Part shown: positions 14,442 through 28,475 of the stretch, in pieces | Layout of the letters: every line of letters starts with the position of its first letter | How positions within the stretch are numbered: the first letter of the stretch is position 1 | Source: Eledone cirrhosa | Taxonomy: Eukaryota | Length of the DNA: 64,000 nucleotides | NCBI GenBank assembly: GCA_964016885.1 | Contig: OZ024759.1 | Span: 24,676,001-24,740,000 of the forward strand | Direction of reading: 5' to 3' | The notes under the pieces: generated by a model | What the model saw: only the letters and a program-made list of their open reading frames with translations | Databases searched by the model: none | Told to the model about the DNA's origin: nothing | Made by a program: the position numbers and the translations under genes

Positions 14442-14688
14442 ACAAAGCATTGTGACAATTTGAAACGTGTCCGTCCCAACGCAAATAACCATGAAATATA
14501 AACGGTCATTATAGATAATAGTTTTAATAAATCTGGTAAAGACCACATTTCTCCGGAGCCAATTTTACTGAAAGCCCGTCAGCTGGGTGGTATCATTGAT
14601 TGACAGTTTAGCTTCATTACAAGTTGTGTCAAGTGGATTATGTCCCCTGTTAAGTACACCCATTCATTGAATGTTCTGTCAGTTATAC

Positions 14689-15116
14689 CAGTGTTTCCCA
14701 ACCTATGGCCACATGGCTAAAATGAGCCATAGCAAATTTCAGGTGGGCCACAAAAATTTTATAAATTTTACTAGGCCACCGGGCTAATATATGGGCCACA
14801 GCTTATTGAATGGTCCATAGAGATTTTATTGACTACTAGTCCTTAAATTAATTAAATTAAATGTATCTAAATAATTTTAATGTATTTAGATTATGAAAAT
14901 TTACTAATTACTTAGTGTTTGAATAACTTTTAATTGGTCAATATTTTAGATGCTTGTGAAATTGTGTGTGTCCAATAAATAGGCATAGTTGTATCTTTAT
15001 TGGATATATTCAATGTAAAAATGGAAGGAATTTTTTACACTATAATAATTTCATGGGCCTCAGAAAATGTCTGGGTTCAAAGTGGGCCATGAGCTAAAAA
15101 GGGTTGGGAACCACTG
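14689..15116. mobile_element. hAT/Charlie-like MITE
   Basis: TIR CAGTGTTTCCCAACC/GGTTGGGAACCACTG; degenerate 8-bp TSD agttatac/aattacac. Confidence 0.75.
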
Positions 15117-15394
15117 AATTACACCAAACTATCAATCCATGCATCAATAGACACTTAACTCCCGTTGATGTCGTAGGGGCGTCATTGCGACATTGAAACA
15201 TCAAACCTGACGGAGCCCAAACTCCCTTGAAGTCTTAAGAATATCTTAACGATTTCTTTTTCTTCTTCTTCTTCTTCTTCTTCTTCTTCTTCTTCTTCTT
15301 CTTCTTCTTCTTCTTCTTTGTCATCGTCGTAAGAGGGTGAGAAACAACGAGAGGTAAAAAGATAGATTGATAGATAAATATATAAATATATAAG

Positions 15395-15556
15395 AAGAAT
15401 CTACCTCAGTACTAGACTGGTACTTTATTTATCGACAGTGAAAAGATGAAAGGTAAAGCTGACCTGCCTGGGATTTGAACTCAGAAGGATAACAGCAGGG
15501 TCAAACGTCATAAAATGTTCCATCCGACATTCTGACGACTCTGCCAGTTCACAGCC
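15395..15556 (-). mobile_element. tRNA-derived SINE, diverged
   Basis: ggtactttatttatcgac...ggatttgaactcag. Confidence 0.7.
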
Positions 15557-15599
15557 TTACTCTACCACATCTACACATACAAACACATGCATGCATACA

Positions 15600-16036
15600 T
15601 GTATACATACATACATGGTGGCTGCCAACTCGTTTTCGAGTACGGCCACTACTTTATATCCATGTAGGAGATCTCCTACCGATGCGCTGAACGAGTGTGA
15701 CTTTTTAGTCCAGCCAGCGACTTGAAAACTCTGGTACAAACACTACACTTGTGACAATTATTGACACATAGTGCTGGGCCCATGGTACCATGTGACGGCA
15801 AGTGCAGAGAGATCAGAGATCTCCAGATATAAAGCAATGCCTGTGCCGTGAAGCTTTTATAGTGAGCAAAAGCACTGCACAAAGCCAGTCCCACTCTCTT
15901 AACCAAGTTGATATTTACCAAAAAGAAGAACAAGTCAACATCATTGGATACCATCAGGGTTGCAGGTGTTATATCAGAGTTTTCCTTCTCCTAGAATTCT
16001 GCCTTGACAAAGGCTAAGGGGTCATCTCTCCCGGAG
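15600..16036 (-). mobile_element. Non-autonomous RTE-like element with C-terminal C2H2 finger remnant (second copy 38108-38656)
   Basis: CSVCTRVFKSLAGLKSHTRSAH; ggagaaggaaaactctg upstream; (TATG)n tail; two near-identical copies. Confidence 0.65.
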
Positions 16037-16081
16037 ATACATACATACATACATACATACATACATACATACATACATACA

Positions 16082-16113
<32 letters not shown>

Positions 16114-16745
16114 CACATATATATATAAAGAGAGAGATATAGATATACAGGTATATATATACATACAAGTACATCTACACATACACATATACACACAGAA
16201 ATACAACTATGCATACACACACATACACCCACACTCGCAAATAATCCAAACGCATGCATCTACACACGCACATATCAGTACATACACACGCACAAATACA
16301 TTTACACATAGATACATCTACACATACACACACATATCAGTACATACACACGCACGAATACATTTCCACATAGAGACATCTATACATACACACATACACA
16401 TACACACAACTGCACAGTTAAATCCTTTGTCAGTGGAATCTATTACATAGTATACCTCCTCCCCTTCCCTCCCCCTCCCCCCCCCCACACCTTGACTCTC
16501 CCGCCTCCCACTCTCACCCTTTAAACTCTCGGATATATGTTCACTTCCTCCTTTTCTAACCCCCACCCCCACCCTCACCCTCTATCACTCCTCCTCCTTC
16601 CTCTCACTGCTACTCCCTCATCTTCACTCTTCATACAACCACATCCTCTTAATTTATTTTATCCTTTTTTTTTATCTCTCGCATCTCAATTCTCACACAA
16701 TTTGTGTGTGTATATATATATGTATGTATATATATATGTATCATA

Positions 16746-16778
<33 letters not shown>

Positions 16779-16902
16779 GCGTGCATATGTGTCTGTGCGT
16801 GGGTTATATATATGTGTGTGTATGCGTGTATGTGTGTATTTATGGTTTGCGTTCATATATTTGTCTACAAACACACAAACACACACCAATTTTTTAATAA
16901 TG

Positions 16903-16939
<37 letters not shown>

Positions 16940-17156
16940 AGTTTCGCTTCTTCCGACTCTTCGAGGCATGAAGGGTGAGCTGGTCTTTAATTGTTTATCA
17001 CGTGTTAATGAATGGTGACCATTCTCTGTGTAGACTGGAGTACTTTGTTGTGCCAATCAGCGGAGGAGACGGCATATCCAAGTTGCCATCTTCAGATGTG
17101 CCAAGCCGTCAGTCGTCGGGATAAGCACCGGCGATTGTTACTTCAACCGTGACATC

Positions 17157-17240
<84 letters not shown>

Positions 17241-17489
17241 CAATACACGAGGATATGCTTGTCAGCAGCGTAAAAGAAGCTGTGAATACTCGTGTGGATG
17301 ATGCTGATGATGATGATGATGATGGTGATGATGGGGATGATGATGTTGATGGTGGTGGTGGTGGTGGTGGTAGTGATGATGGTGATAATGATTGGTGGCG
17401 ATGATGGTGATTGTGTGGTGGTGATGATGATGATGGTGATTGTGATAATGGTGATGATGATGATGGTAATGATAATGATGATAATAATA

Positions 17490-18312
17490 ATTGTTTCTAC
17501 TTTTGGCACAAGGCCAGCAATTAACCAGTGTATTACTGGTACTTTATTTTATCGACCTCATAAGGATGAAAGGCAAAGTTAACCTCGGCTGGAATTGTAC
17601 TCAGAATGGCAAGGGCCGTAACTCTATGCGTCAAAGCATGGCGTCCGACCCTCTACCGATACTGCCAATCCACATGATGATTATGATGATGAGGATGATG
17701 ATGATAATAATAATAATTGTTTCAATTATTGGCCACCAGGGCCGACATGTAGGGGGCAATAAAATGACAGGGGCAGTGGGGGAGGGGTACATAGAAATCG
17801 TGTAAATAATAATAATAATTGTTTCTACTTTAGGCACAAGGCCAGCAAATACTCAGTGCATTACTGGTACTTTATTTTATCGACCCCGTAAGGATGAAAG
17901 GCTAAGTTAATCTCAACGGGATTTGAACTTAGTCCGTAAAGGGACATAACTCTATGCTGGAAAGCATGGTGTCCGACTCTCTACCGATACTGCCAATCCA
18001 CCAATCCCCCATCGGGGGATTTATTTTGTTATATTTATGCATGGTTTATTTTATATTTTTTTATATCTTCATTGTTAAATTAGTCTTGCCATTGTGCACT
18101 TTTATTCGACCTTATTGTAAAACCCCACTGTCCCTGTCTTTCTATTGTCCCCTACATGTCGGCCCTTGTGGCTAATAAATGAAATAATAATAATAATTGT
18201 TTCTACTTTTGGCACAAGGCCAGCAAATTACCCAGTACATTATTGGTACTTTATTTTATCGACCCCGTAAGGATGAAAGGCAAAGTTAACATCAGCGGGA
18301 TTTGAACTCAGA
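17490..18312 (-). mobile_element. Cluster of three tRNA-derived SINEs (17490-17672, 17819-18003, 18197-18312) with LINE 3' tails between them
   Basis: Each begins ttgtttctactt...ggcacaaggccagcaa; inverted Tx1-like tails at about 17730-17790 and 18120-18185. Confidence 0.8.
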
Positions 18313-18798
18313 TAGGGACAGCAGATATTCTTCGAAAAGCTTTGTCTATCAAATCAGTGTCCTTCATGTCTTAATCTTATGTTAAGTTTGATGTGGAGTC
18401 TTAAGACACCATCAGTAACACCTAAAAACTGTTGAAAAGGATATAATAATAATGATAATAATTAATAAAACAAATAAATAAGGAAATAGATATATCGTCT
18501 TGACATATCTCGTTTACTTTCTTTTATCCTTTTACTGGTTTCAGTCATTAGATTGCGGCCATATTGGGATTTTAGTCGACCATATCGACCTCAGTACATT
18601 TTTGTCAGCTCTAGTACTTATTTTAACGAATTGTTCTTCTTTCTTTTTTTGGGGGGTGGGGGGGTGGGGGGGGGGTTATGCCGTACCGTTAAGTTTAGGG
18701 TCATAAACACACATACATACACACACATATATATATATATATACATCCGCACACACACACATATACATACATGCATACATGCACATACATACATACAA

Positions 18799-18881
<83 letters not shown>

Positions 18882-18960
18882 ATATATATTTTCCTTATCG
18901 AGCCCTCTTTGGATTTTAGTCTTCAATTTTATTATTATTACTATATATATATATATATAT

Positions 18961-19136
18961 ATTTAATACATTAACAGAGAAAGCTTTAAGCAATACTCCG
19001 ACCGACTTCCGTCTCACTTAACAAACATTAGGATATACCTTAGTGTAATCCCAATTATACGTTTGGGGTGCTAACTATACGTATTTTGCGGATAGCCAGT
19101 TCTATTATTTTATATGAGACATAATTGAATACATCC

Positions 19137-19232
<96 letters not shown>

Positions 19233-19406
19233 TTAATACATTAACAGAGAAAGCCTTAAGCACTACTCTGACCGGCTTCCATCTCACTCAACAAACATTA
19301 GGATATACCTTAGTGTAATCCCAATTATACGTTTGGGGTGCTAACTATACGTATTTTGCGGATAGCCAGTTCTATTATTTTATATGAGACATAATTGAAT
19401 ACATCC

Positions 19407-19478
<72 letters not shown>

Positions 19479-19628
19479 TTAATACATTAACAGAGAAAGC
19501 CTTAAGCACTACTCTGACCGGCTTCCATCTCACTCAACAAACATTAGGATATACCTTAGTGTAATCCCAATTATACGTTTGGGGTGCTAACTATACGTAT
19601 TTTGCGGATAGCCAGTTCTATTATTTTA
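18961..19628. repeat. Three tandem copies of a roughly 180-bp unit separated by (TA)n
   Basis: Copies at 18961, 19231, 19477; copies 2 and 3 identical where they overlap, copy 1 differs at a few sites. Confidence 0.85.
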
Positions 19629-19651
19629 TATATATATATATATATATGTAT

Positions 19652-19776
19652 GTAAAAGGTAAACAGAAATAACAACACAATCGCTACAGTATATGGAAGG
19701 TATATATTAGATTAACGCTCTTGATATAGCAGGAAGAGGGTCTTAACGTTTCAGACGCTAGTCCTTCGTCAGAAGA
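19652..19776 (-). mobile_element. Family B pLTR remnant with minimal hammerhead 19741-19776
   Basis: TCTT-CTGACGA-A-GGACTAGCGTCT-GAAACGTT-AAGA; same tail at 1-31, 34290-34398, 39597-39715. Confidence 0.75.
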
Positions 19777-19933
19777 AAGAATGAGAAATAAAATAGATTA
19801 AGGGGACGGGCAGGATGAAATTGGAAAAAATGTCTTTAGATAAAAATAATAGGTCCATTCATGTGGACATCTCATGAATGTATGTATGTATGTATATATA
19901 TCTATGTATGTTTATATATATATGTATGTATGA

Positions 19934-19967
<34 letters not shown>

Positions 19968-20276
19968 TCTAGCTGTGTGTGATTCGTATTATGAAAGAGT
20001 AAGCGGCAATATACTTTATTACATGCTATGGCGGCAATATACTTTATTACATGCTATTCAAACAGCCTTAAAAGATTTAGTCTTTCAGAAGGCAATTCCA
20101 TTATCGGAGATTTTTTGCTCCTATAGGCCACCGCAATCAACAGTTTTTTAATGCATATTTTTCCGGATTGCTGTTTATTTATAATAATGAAAGATTTAAA
20201 CTGATCTAAGGGAGTCTACTGGAGAAAAAATAATCCTTGTCAAAAGCGTTTCTATTCTAATAAATATATATATATA

Positions 20277-20484
20277 GGAAAAGAGTCAGGACCCCGACGG
20301 CTGAGCTCCGGCTGTTTCGACTGCTAGATCCGAATACTACTGGTTTAGTTCGGATCTAGCTGTCGAAACGACCGGAGCTCAGGCGTCGGCGTCTTGACTC
20401 TTTTCCTATTACCCACTCTACTATCCTAAGTGTCGAGTACTCTGGTGCGTTATGGTCCACCTGCTTCTTTACCACACTTCCTTC

Positions 20485-20488
<4 letters not shown>
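20277..20488 (+). mobile_element. Family D pLTR remnant with inverted arm
   Basis: Palindrome centred near 20340; family D tail. Confidence 0.7.
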
Positions 20489-20559
<71 letters not shown>

Positions 20560-20562
<3 letters not shown>

Positions 20563-20794
20563 TAAAAGGAAAAGAAAATGCTGACAAATTTTTCCCAGTG
20601 AAAAATAGTTTAATTAGGAATAAGTAAAAATTAGTAATAAGTATTGGTTAGTATTCAGTTTGGGTTTTAAGTTTTTACCGGTTGCGCATTTCTAATGCTT
20701 TTCAAAAATAATTTTGAGATAGAGCGCCCGTGATGTTTGCTCACGGGCGCTCTATCTCAAAATTATTTTTGAAAAGCATTAGAAATGCGCAACC
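20560..20794 (-). mobile_element. Fold-back insert, 54-bp perfect hairpin arms, variant hammerhead
   Basis: Arms 20680-20733/20741-20794; minus TTGAAAA-GCATT-AGA-AATGC-GCAA-CCGGT-A-AAAA. Confidence 0.6.
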
Positions 20795-21515
20795 ATTTTC
20801 CTTTCATACATTCGAGGTCGATAAAAACTCTACCAGTCCAGTACTGTAATCGATTCTTCCTCTGTATTTCTTTATTACTTCCCTTCTGTCACCTTCTTTC
20901 TTCTTCTCTGGAAGCGTCGTGGGCGCTGAGTCCTCAAATACGTCCTCCAGAAGCAACTGTCTCCAATTGATTTGGCTTGGTCCTCAGGCGAGACTAATCG
21001 AATTAATGGATGTTATCCAACCATCTTGCCAGTAAAATCTAACGCGTGTAATCTTACTGTAGTTCTCAGGGAGATTCAGTGTAACACAGTACGTGGTGTC
21101 AAAGCTGCATTTTGAATTACACGTACAACTTATCTATTTTTCCCGACTGAATAGAACGGAGTAGCGTGAGATAAAGTGACTTGTCGAAGGACATGACGTG
21201 AGCCACCCGGACTAACCATTAAGCTACCAAGCTGCTAGGTAAATGGTTCGTATTTATGAAGAGGAAGTTGTTGTCTCGTACATTTTCCACATAACTAATG
21301 ACTCATTATTGTTGGCCATCAAATCTGCTGACGCCTCAAGTCACATGATACCTCGCATACGTAGACAATAGTACTTCTACTATCTCCAATCGTGTCGGTT
21401 GGAAATGATAGATTTCCGCAGAAATCATTACATACACACAAACACTCACGCATGCACACACATACACACACACACAGAAATATATATACATATATGTATA
21501 CATACACACACACAC

Positions 21516-21550
<35 letters not shown>

Positions 21551-21553
21551 TAC

Positions 21554-21606
<53 letters not shown>

Positions 21607-21640
21607 CATAATACATATATATATATATACATACATATAT

Positions 21641-21713
<73 letters not shown>

Positions 21714-21740
21714 TACATATATATACATAATACATATATT

Positions 21741-21787
<47 letters not shown>

Positions 21788-21947
21788 CCTTTTTTTCCTG
21801 TATTCGAAAGAAAAGTGCTTCTGTAAAACACCTAAAAGTAGCTGACTGTTCTACATTCCTCGTATTGAGTACTTTAATGTATAACTTGCTTACTTAAACC
21901 TTAGATTAATATAATCTATGAGCTCTCTCTCACTCTCAACACACAAA

Positions 21948-22078
<131 letters not shown>

Positions 22079-22472
22079 TATATATATAAAGGTATCTACA
22101 TCTTATATATCTGTCGAAACAATAGGGAGGATAGCCGCGTTATTGACACCTACTGAACTAACTTGGCGTTTAGTTGACACAGAAAAACAACACCATAACA
22201 CACATTTCATTCATGGAGATAACGGCCATTCCTGGCAAATTAAACAAACAAAGCTTTAAATAAATAAATAAAGTAAATATATATAACCACATACACTATA
22301 AGGAGAAGTAGAAGAGGAATTATGTTACATGGTTCGTTCATTCATAAGTTTTCAGTGAAAGTCTTTGTATTTCTGATCGATGGCGGCCTGAGCTGTTGTT
22401 GGATCTACGTCGCTTATAACGACGAGTTTTCTAATTGTTTGAACAACGGAAAAGCCTGATAGTGAAATTAAT

Positions 22473-22656
22473 TGTTTCTACTTTAGGCACAAGGCCAGCA
22501 ATTACCCAGTGCATTACTGGTACTTTATTTTATCGACCCCGTAAGGATGTAAGGCAAAGTCAACCTCGGCGGGATTTGAACTCAGATCGTAAAGGGACGT
22601 AACTATGCTGGAAAGCATGGCGTCCGACCCTCTACTGATACTGCCAATCCACCGCC
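22473..22656 (-). mobile_element. Full-length tRNA-derived SINE with TSD
   Basis: A/B-box-like head; TSD tgatagtgaaattaat at 22457-22472 and 22657-22672. Confidence 0.9.
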
Positions 22657-22701
22657 TGATAGTGAAATTAATGAACGTGTGTAAGTAGTGTGTTGAGCAT
22701 G

Positions 22702-22733
<32 letters not shown>

Positions 22734-22904
22734 GCACACAAGCACACACGCATACACACATACATACAGACAGACGCACACACACACACACACACACGTG
22801 CACACTTAGCGTAGTTTTCAGGGAGATTCTGTGTGATACAGTGTGTGTAATGTAGCAAGATTGGCCCTTTAAATTACAGTTAGAACCTATTTTTGCCAGC
22901 TGAC

Positions 22905-23545
22905 TACACAAATGATCAGTCCTGCCACATACTAGGGGTTTCCTCTATGCAGATGATCTTTGTATTGCATCCCAGAAGCGATATTTCGAGGAAGTTGAAA
23001 CCTCACTCACCAGTGGTCTCGAATCAAGAAACAACATCCTAAAGAAGCTGGCTAACATCAAATGGGGTACCCATGCCAGTACAATCTGCACCACAGCCCA
23101 AGCCCTTTGCTACTCCACAGCAGAATATGCCTCGTCGGTGTTGAGCAGATCATCACATGCAAAGAAAATTGACCTTGTCTTAAACTCCTCTTGTAGATCA
23201 ATCACTTGGATGACCTCTACTTGCTTAGTGACATTGCTCCCCCTCACATCAGAAGGACAGTCCACTCCCAACTTGAGAAGTTGAAACAGAAAACTGACCC
23301 TCGTCAGCCACTCCATGACAAAGAGGTTCAAGTCAAGACACAGCTTTCTACACTCAGTTGAACCACTGAACAACAGTGCTTCTAGTCAGCGCCTGTCACT
23401 GTGGTGCGGCCACCTTAACAATGTGGAACCCAGACTCTCTCTCAACCCTACATAATCCCCCCCCACCACCACCATTGACTCAGGGATGCCTGGCCCTTCT
23501 GGTCCTGCCCGAATCGCCTCAAAACAACTGTTGGACGCTGTTATT
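22905..23545 (+). pseudogene. Ingi/Vingi-like LINE RT fragment, internally deleted
   Basis: Manual translation FLYADDLCIASQ ... SRNNILKKLANIKWG...ALCYSTAEY. Confidence 0.75.
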
Positions 23546-23546
23546 A

Positions 23547-23612
23547 TAGAAATGACTTCGTTGGGACTAGAACTGTTTCATTCGTAAGGAATCGTCAGCA
23601 AAGTCCTGATGA
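23547..23612 (-). mobile_element. Family C fragment with hammerhead core
   Basis: CTGACGATTCCTTACGAATGAAACAGTTC on minus. Confidence 0.6.
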
Positions 23613-23617
23613 TGTCT

Positions 23618-24498
23618 AGCTGGCTGGCTGGATGACAGACTGGCTGGCTGGTTGACTGGCTGTATGGATGGCTGGTTGACTGGATGACAGACTGGCTGGC
23701 TGGCTGGCTGGTTGACTGGCCGGCTGGATGGCTGGATGACAGACTGGCTGACTGGCTGACTGGTTGACTGGATGGCTGGATGGCTGGATGGATGGATGGC
23801 TGGATGTCTGGCTGGCTGGTTGACTGGCTGGATGGATGGCTGGATGACAGACTGGCTGGCTGGCTGGTTGACTGGCTGGATGGATGGCTGGATGACAGAC
23901 TGGCTGGCTGACTGGTTGACTGGCTGGCTGGATGGATGGCTGGATGACAGACTGGCTGGCTGGTTGACTGGCTGGCTGGATGGCTGGTTGACTGGATGGC
24001 TGGATGACAGACTGGCTGGCTGGCTGATGGATGGATGGATGGCTGGATGACAGACTGGCTGGCTGGCTGGCTGGTTGACTGGCTGGCTGGATGATAGACT
24101 GGCTGGATGGATGGATGGTTACTGGATGGCTGGTTGACTGGATGGCAGACTGGCTGGCTGGCTGGCTGGTTGACTGGATGGCTGGATGATAGACTGGCTG
24201 GATGGATGGATGGTTACTGGATGGCTGGTTGACTGGATGGCAGACTGGCTGGCTGGCTGGCTGGTTGACTGGATGGCTGGATGATAGACTGGCTGGATGG
24301 ATGGATGGTTACTGGATGGCTGGTTGACTGGATGGCAGACTGGCTGGCTGGCTGGCTGGTTGACTGGATGGCTGGATGATAGACTGGCTGGATGGATGGA
24401 TGGTTACTGGATGGCTGGTTGACTGTGTGACTGGATGGATGACTGACTGACTGGCTGACTGGCTTGTTGGTTGACTGACTGACTGTCTGGCTGGCTGG
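23618..24498. repeat. (CTGG/ATGG/GACT)n compound satellite with higher-order units
   Basis: Direct observation. Confidence 0.9.
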
Positions 24499-24648
24499 TG
24501 TATTTCTCCTACTTACCTTGTCTTACCTTCCTTACAATCCTCACATACAGGTACACTGCTACCAATTGTTCTTTATCAGACAAAACCTGTCATTTCCTGA
24601 CCCTCCTTTCACATCTCTTAATCCACCCTCGCACCCCCTTTCTATGTT

Positions 24649-24692
<44 letters not shown>

Positions 24693-24924
24693 CGTGTGTG
24701 TGTGTGTATGCGTGTGTGTGCTATTATTTTACTGCTTTCCATTAGACTGTGGCCATTCTGGGATATCACCTTGTTTTTGGTAGATCACATCAACACATCA
24801 TCCCCAAGTCTGACACATTTATCGATCTCTTTTGTTGTCAAGGGGCTAAGATATGGGACATATATATGGACACACACACACATATGTATATATATATATG
24901 TATATATATATATCGTTTCTGAAT

Positions 24925-25299
<375 letters not shown>

Positions 25300-25392
25300 A
25301 TATATAAAGAACTTCGTTTTCAAATACAAGAGGACGAAACATTTTTGTAAATCAAATTTTGATGAGAACTTGTATTTAGTAATATAATTTAA

Positions 25393-25451
<59 letters not shown>

Positions 25452-25605
25452 CAATACCTGATTGGTTTATATATTGGTTATATATATATATATATATATA
25501 TAATACAGTTGCAACTCTGAGTTTTAAGGTACCTTGTGAGCAGCAGGTAACCTCAAAACTTGGAGTAGCAACAGTTCATACTCACACACATAAAAATACT
25601 CATAT

Positions 25606-25688
<83 letters not shown>

Positions 25689-25757
25689 CGCGCACACGAG
25701 TTTGTGTTTATGGTAATATATACATGAATACTAATAGTTTCATATATATATATATAA

Positions 25758-25798
<41 letters not shown>

Positions 25799-25911
25799 CT
25801 ATATACATATATATATATATTATACATATATATATATTTACATATATATATATTTATATATACATATATATACATACACATACATATTATATACATATAT
25901 ATATATATTAT

Positions 25912-25972
<61 letters not shown>

Positions 25973-25997
25973 CATATATATATATATATACACACAC

Positions 25998-26029
<32 letters not shown>

Positions 26030-26276
26030 CTGTATATATATATAATATACGTATGTGTGTATATTTCTATGCCTCTATAGATATTGACGCCTACGTTCTG
26101 TGTCAACGTATAATATTTGGAAAATATATAGTGAGACGTGAAAAAGCTACTTTACATTTTCTTTTTATTTACAGCACGCTGGAAAATAAATCAGAAAAAT
26201 GATTTATGCTTTCTTAAGTGTTCAAATTGTTGTTGTTGTTGTTGTCGTTGTTGTTGTTACTATTATCATTATTATT

Positions 26277-26495
26277 GGCGGTGGATTAGCAGAATTGTTA
26301 GAGCGTCGGGCACCCTACTTTGCGGCAGAGAGTTACTTACTACTCTTTACGTTCTGAGTTCAAATCCCGCCGAGGTTAGCTTTGCCTTTCATCCTTAAGG
26401 GGTCGATAAAATAAAGTACCACTGGGCTCGATTTAATCGACTTCTCTCTCCCCCAGAATTGCTGGCCTTGTGCCTCTATATAAGAAGCCATTATT
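26277..26495 (+). mobile_element. tRNA-derived SINE
   Basis: ggcggtggattagcag...gagttcaaatccc...gctggccttgtgcc. Confidence 0.8.
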
Positions 26496-26567
26496 ATGAT
26501 TTGACGGAACTGCAGTCGCTAGTGATCCCAAAACTCAGTCTGGAACGCTGACATTTGGAATAATAAT

Positions 26568-26892
26568 AATAATAATAATAATGAAATTATTGTGTACAGT
26601 GCTCAGGTGCACTACAACTCATCAAAGGTGCATGTATAGTACATAGAATAATGTACAAATGTCAGGAAAATGAACAGTGTACGAGTCATGATATAATAAC
26701 AATAACAATAATGAAATATTGTGTACAGTGCCCAGGTGCACCACAACTCATTAAAAAAGTGCATGTACAGTACATAGGGCAATGCACAAACATCAGTAAA
26801 ATGAACAGTGCACGAGTCATGATACACACATGTGTGCATGTGCATGGAAGGGGTACATCAGGTGTAGTTTTGGCTACATTTTGCAGAGAATG
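26568..26892 (-). mobile_element. Two tandem LINE 3' ends at a (TAA)n tract, possibly R4/Dong-like
   Basis: Duplicated roughly 110-bp unit, each next to TAA repeats; minus frame ends ILCKM*. Confidence 0.45.
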
Positions 26893-27521
26893 ATAGAGAG
26901 AATGAGGGAAAATATGTGAGAAAGAGATAGAGAGGAAGAATCGACCACAGTATTAGACTGGTAGTTTTTTATCGACCCTGAATGGATGAAAGACAAAGTT
27001 GACCTCGGTAGGATTTGAACTCACAGAGCAGAGAGCCGTAATGGATATTAGAAATCATTCTATCCGACGTTCTAACTACTCGGTCAATTCACCGCCTATC
27101 GAAGCCTTGTACCAGTCGTTTAATCTGATCAATGGAAGTTACATGGCAGCAATCTATATAGAATTAATTGTTTCTACATTTGGCACAAGGCTAGCAATTA
27201 TTCCAGCGCATTACTGGTACTTTATTTTATCCACCCCGTAGAAAGGTTGTAAGACTTTCTCCGGAAACACTAGTTGTGGTTGAAAATAAACTGGTTGGTC
27301 TGTTCCGGAGGAATTTCCACCCAGGGTTGTGAATAACTTCCAGAAATCACTGGCTTGGCAATGCTACCAGGAGTATTGCTAGTTTGAGATAAACTCTATA
27401 GGCATAAACATATTTTGCTGTCAGATGGGCTCACAAACGCTCAACTTCGAAGTCACTGAAACATTTCTACGTAGAAATTAAATTTCTTTTCTCTACCAAT
27501 CAATATTGAGTGCTCATTCTG

Positions 27522-27555
<34 letters not shown>

Positions 27556-27571
27556 AGGTTTAGCAAATAAT

Positions 27572-27752
27572 TGTTTCTACGTTAGGCACAAGGCCAGCAA
27601 TTACCCAGTGCATTACTGGTACTTTATTTTATCGACCCCGTAAGGATGAAAGGCAAAGTCAACCTCGGCGGGATTTGAACTCAGATCGTAAAGGGACGTA
27701 ACTATGCTGGAAAGCATGGCGTCCGACCCTCTACCGATACTGCCAATCCTCC
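27572..27752 (-). mobile_element. Full-length SINE with 14-bp TSD, inserted into a pLTR tail
   Basis: TSD gtttagcaaataat at 27558-27571 and 27753-27766. Confidence 0.9.
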
Positions 27753-27816
27753 GTTTAGCAAATAATGAAAAAGTTTCAAAATAAATTTTAAAAAATTGAC
27801 TTTACCTACTATAGTT

Positions 27817-27899
27817 ACCTTTACCGATCGGTTTCGAATCCCAAAAATAAACGGAGGCCATACGGCCTTCGTTGCAAAGAAAGATTCTCGTCAGAAGGT
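27817..27899 (-). ncRNA. Type I hammerhead ribozyme motif with extended stem II
   Basis: ACCTT-CTGACGA-GAATC...GATTC-GAAA-CCGATCGGT-A-AAGGT; GUA cleavage triplet. Confidence 0.85.
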
Positions 27900-27931
27900 T
27901 CTTTTCATTCGAAGAATATAAAATTCTTGAA

Positions 27932-28003
<72 letters not shown>

Positions 28004-28132
28004 GTTATTCCGGGTTGAATCGGAGGTAACCACAGTAAGTAAGGTACTCAATACATTGCAGAGTATAAAAGTTTTAATATAGATGAGATTCTACAGGACT
28101 AGAACTGTTTCATTCTTTAGAAATCATCAGGA

Positions 28133-28176
<44 letters not shown>

Positions 28177-28328
28177 TGCGTGTGTATGTACATATGTATA
28201 TTTGTATATATTCATATATTATGTATATGTATATACATGTTTACATGTATATATACATATTTGTATATACGTTTATTATATATGTATGTGTGTGTATATG
28301 TGTATACAAATACATGTTAGTACATCTA

Positions 28329-28368
<40 letters not shown>

Positions 28369-28407
28369 CGTGTGTGTGTGCGCGCGTGTAGATGTACTTA
28401 TAAACAC

Positions 28408-28475
<68 letters not shown>

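Noticed and set aside
17065-17100. CTGAAGA plus hairpin on minus strand
   Set aside because: No GAAA after stem II
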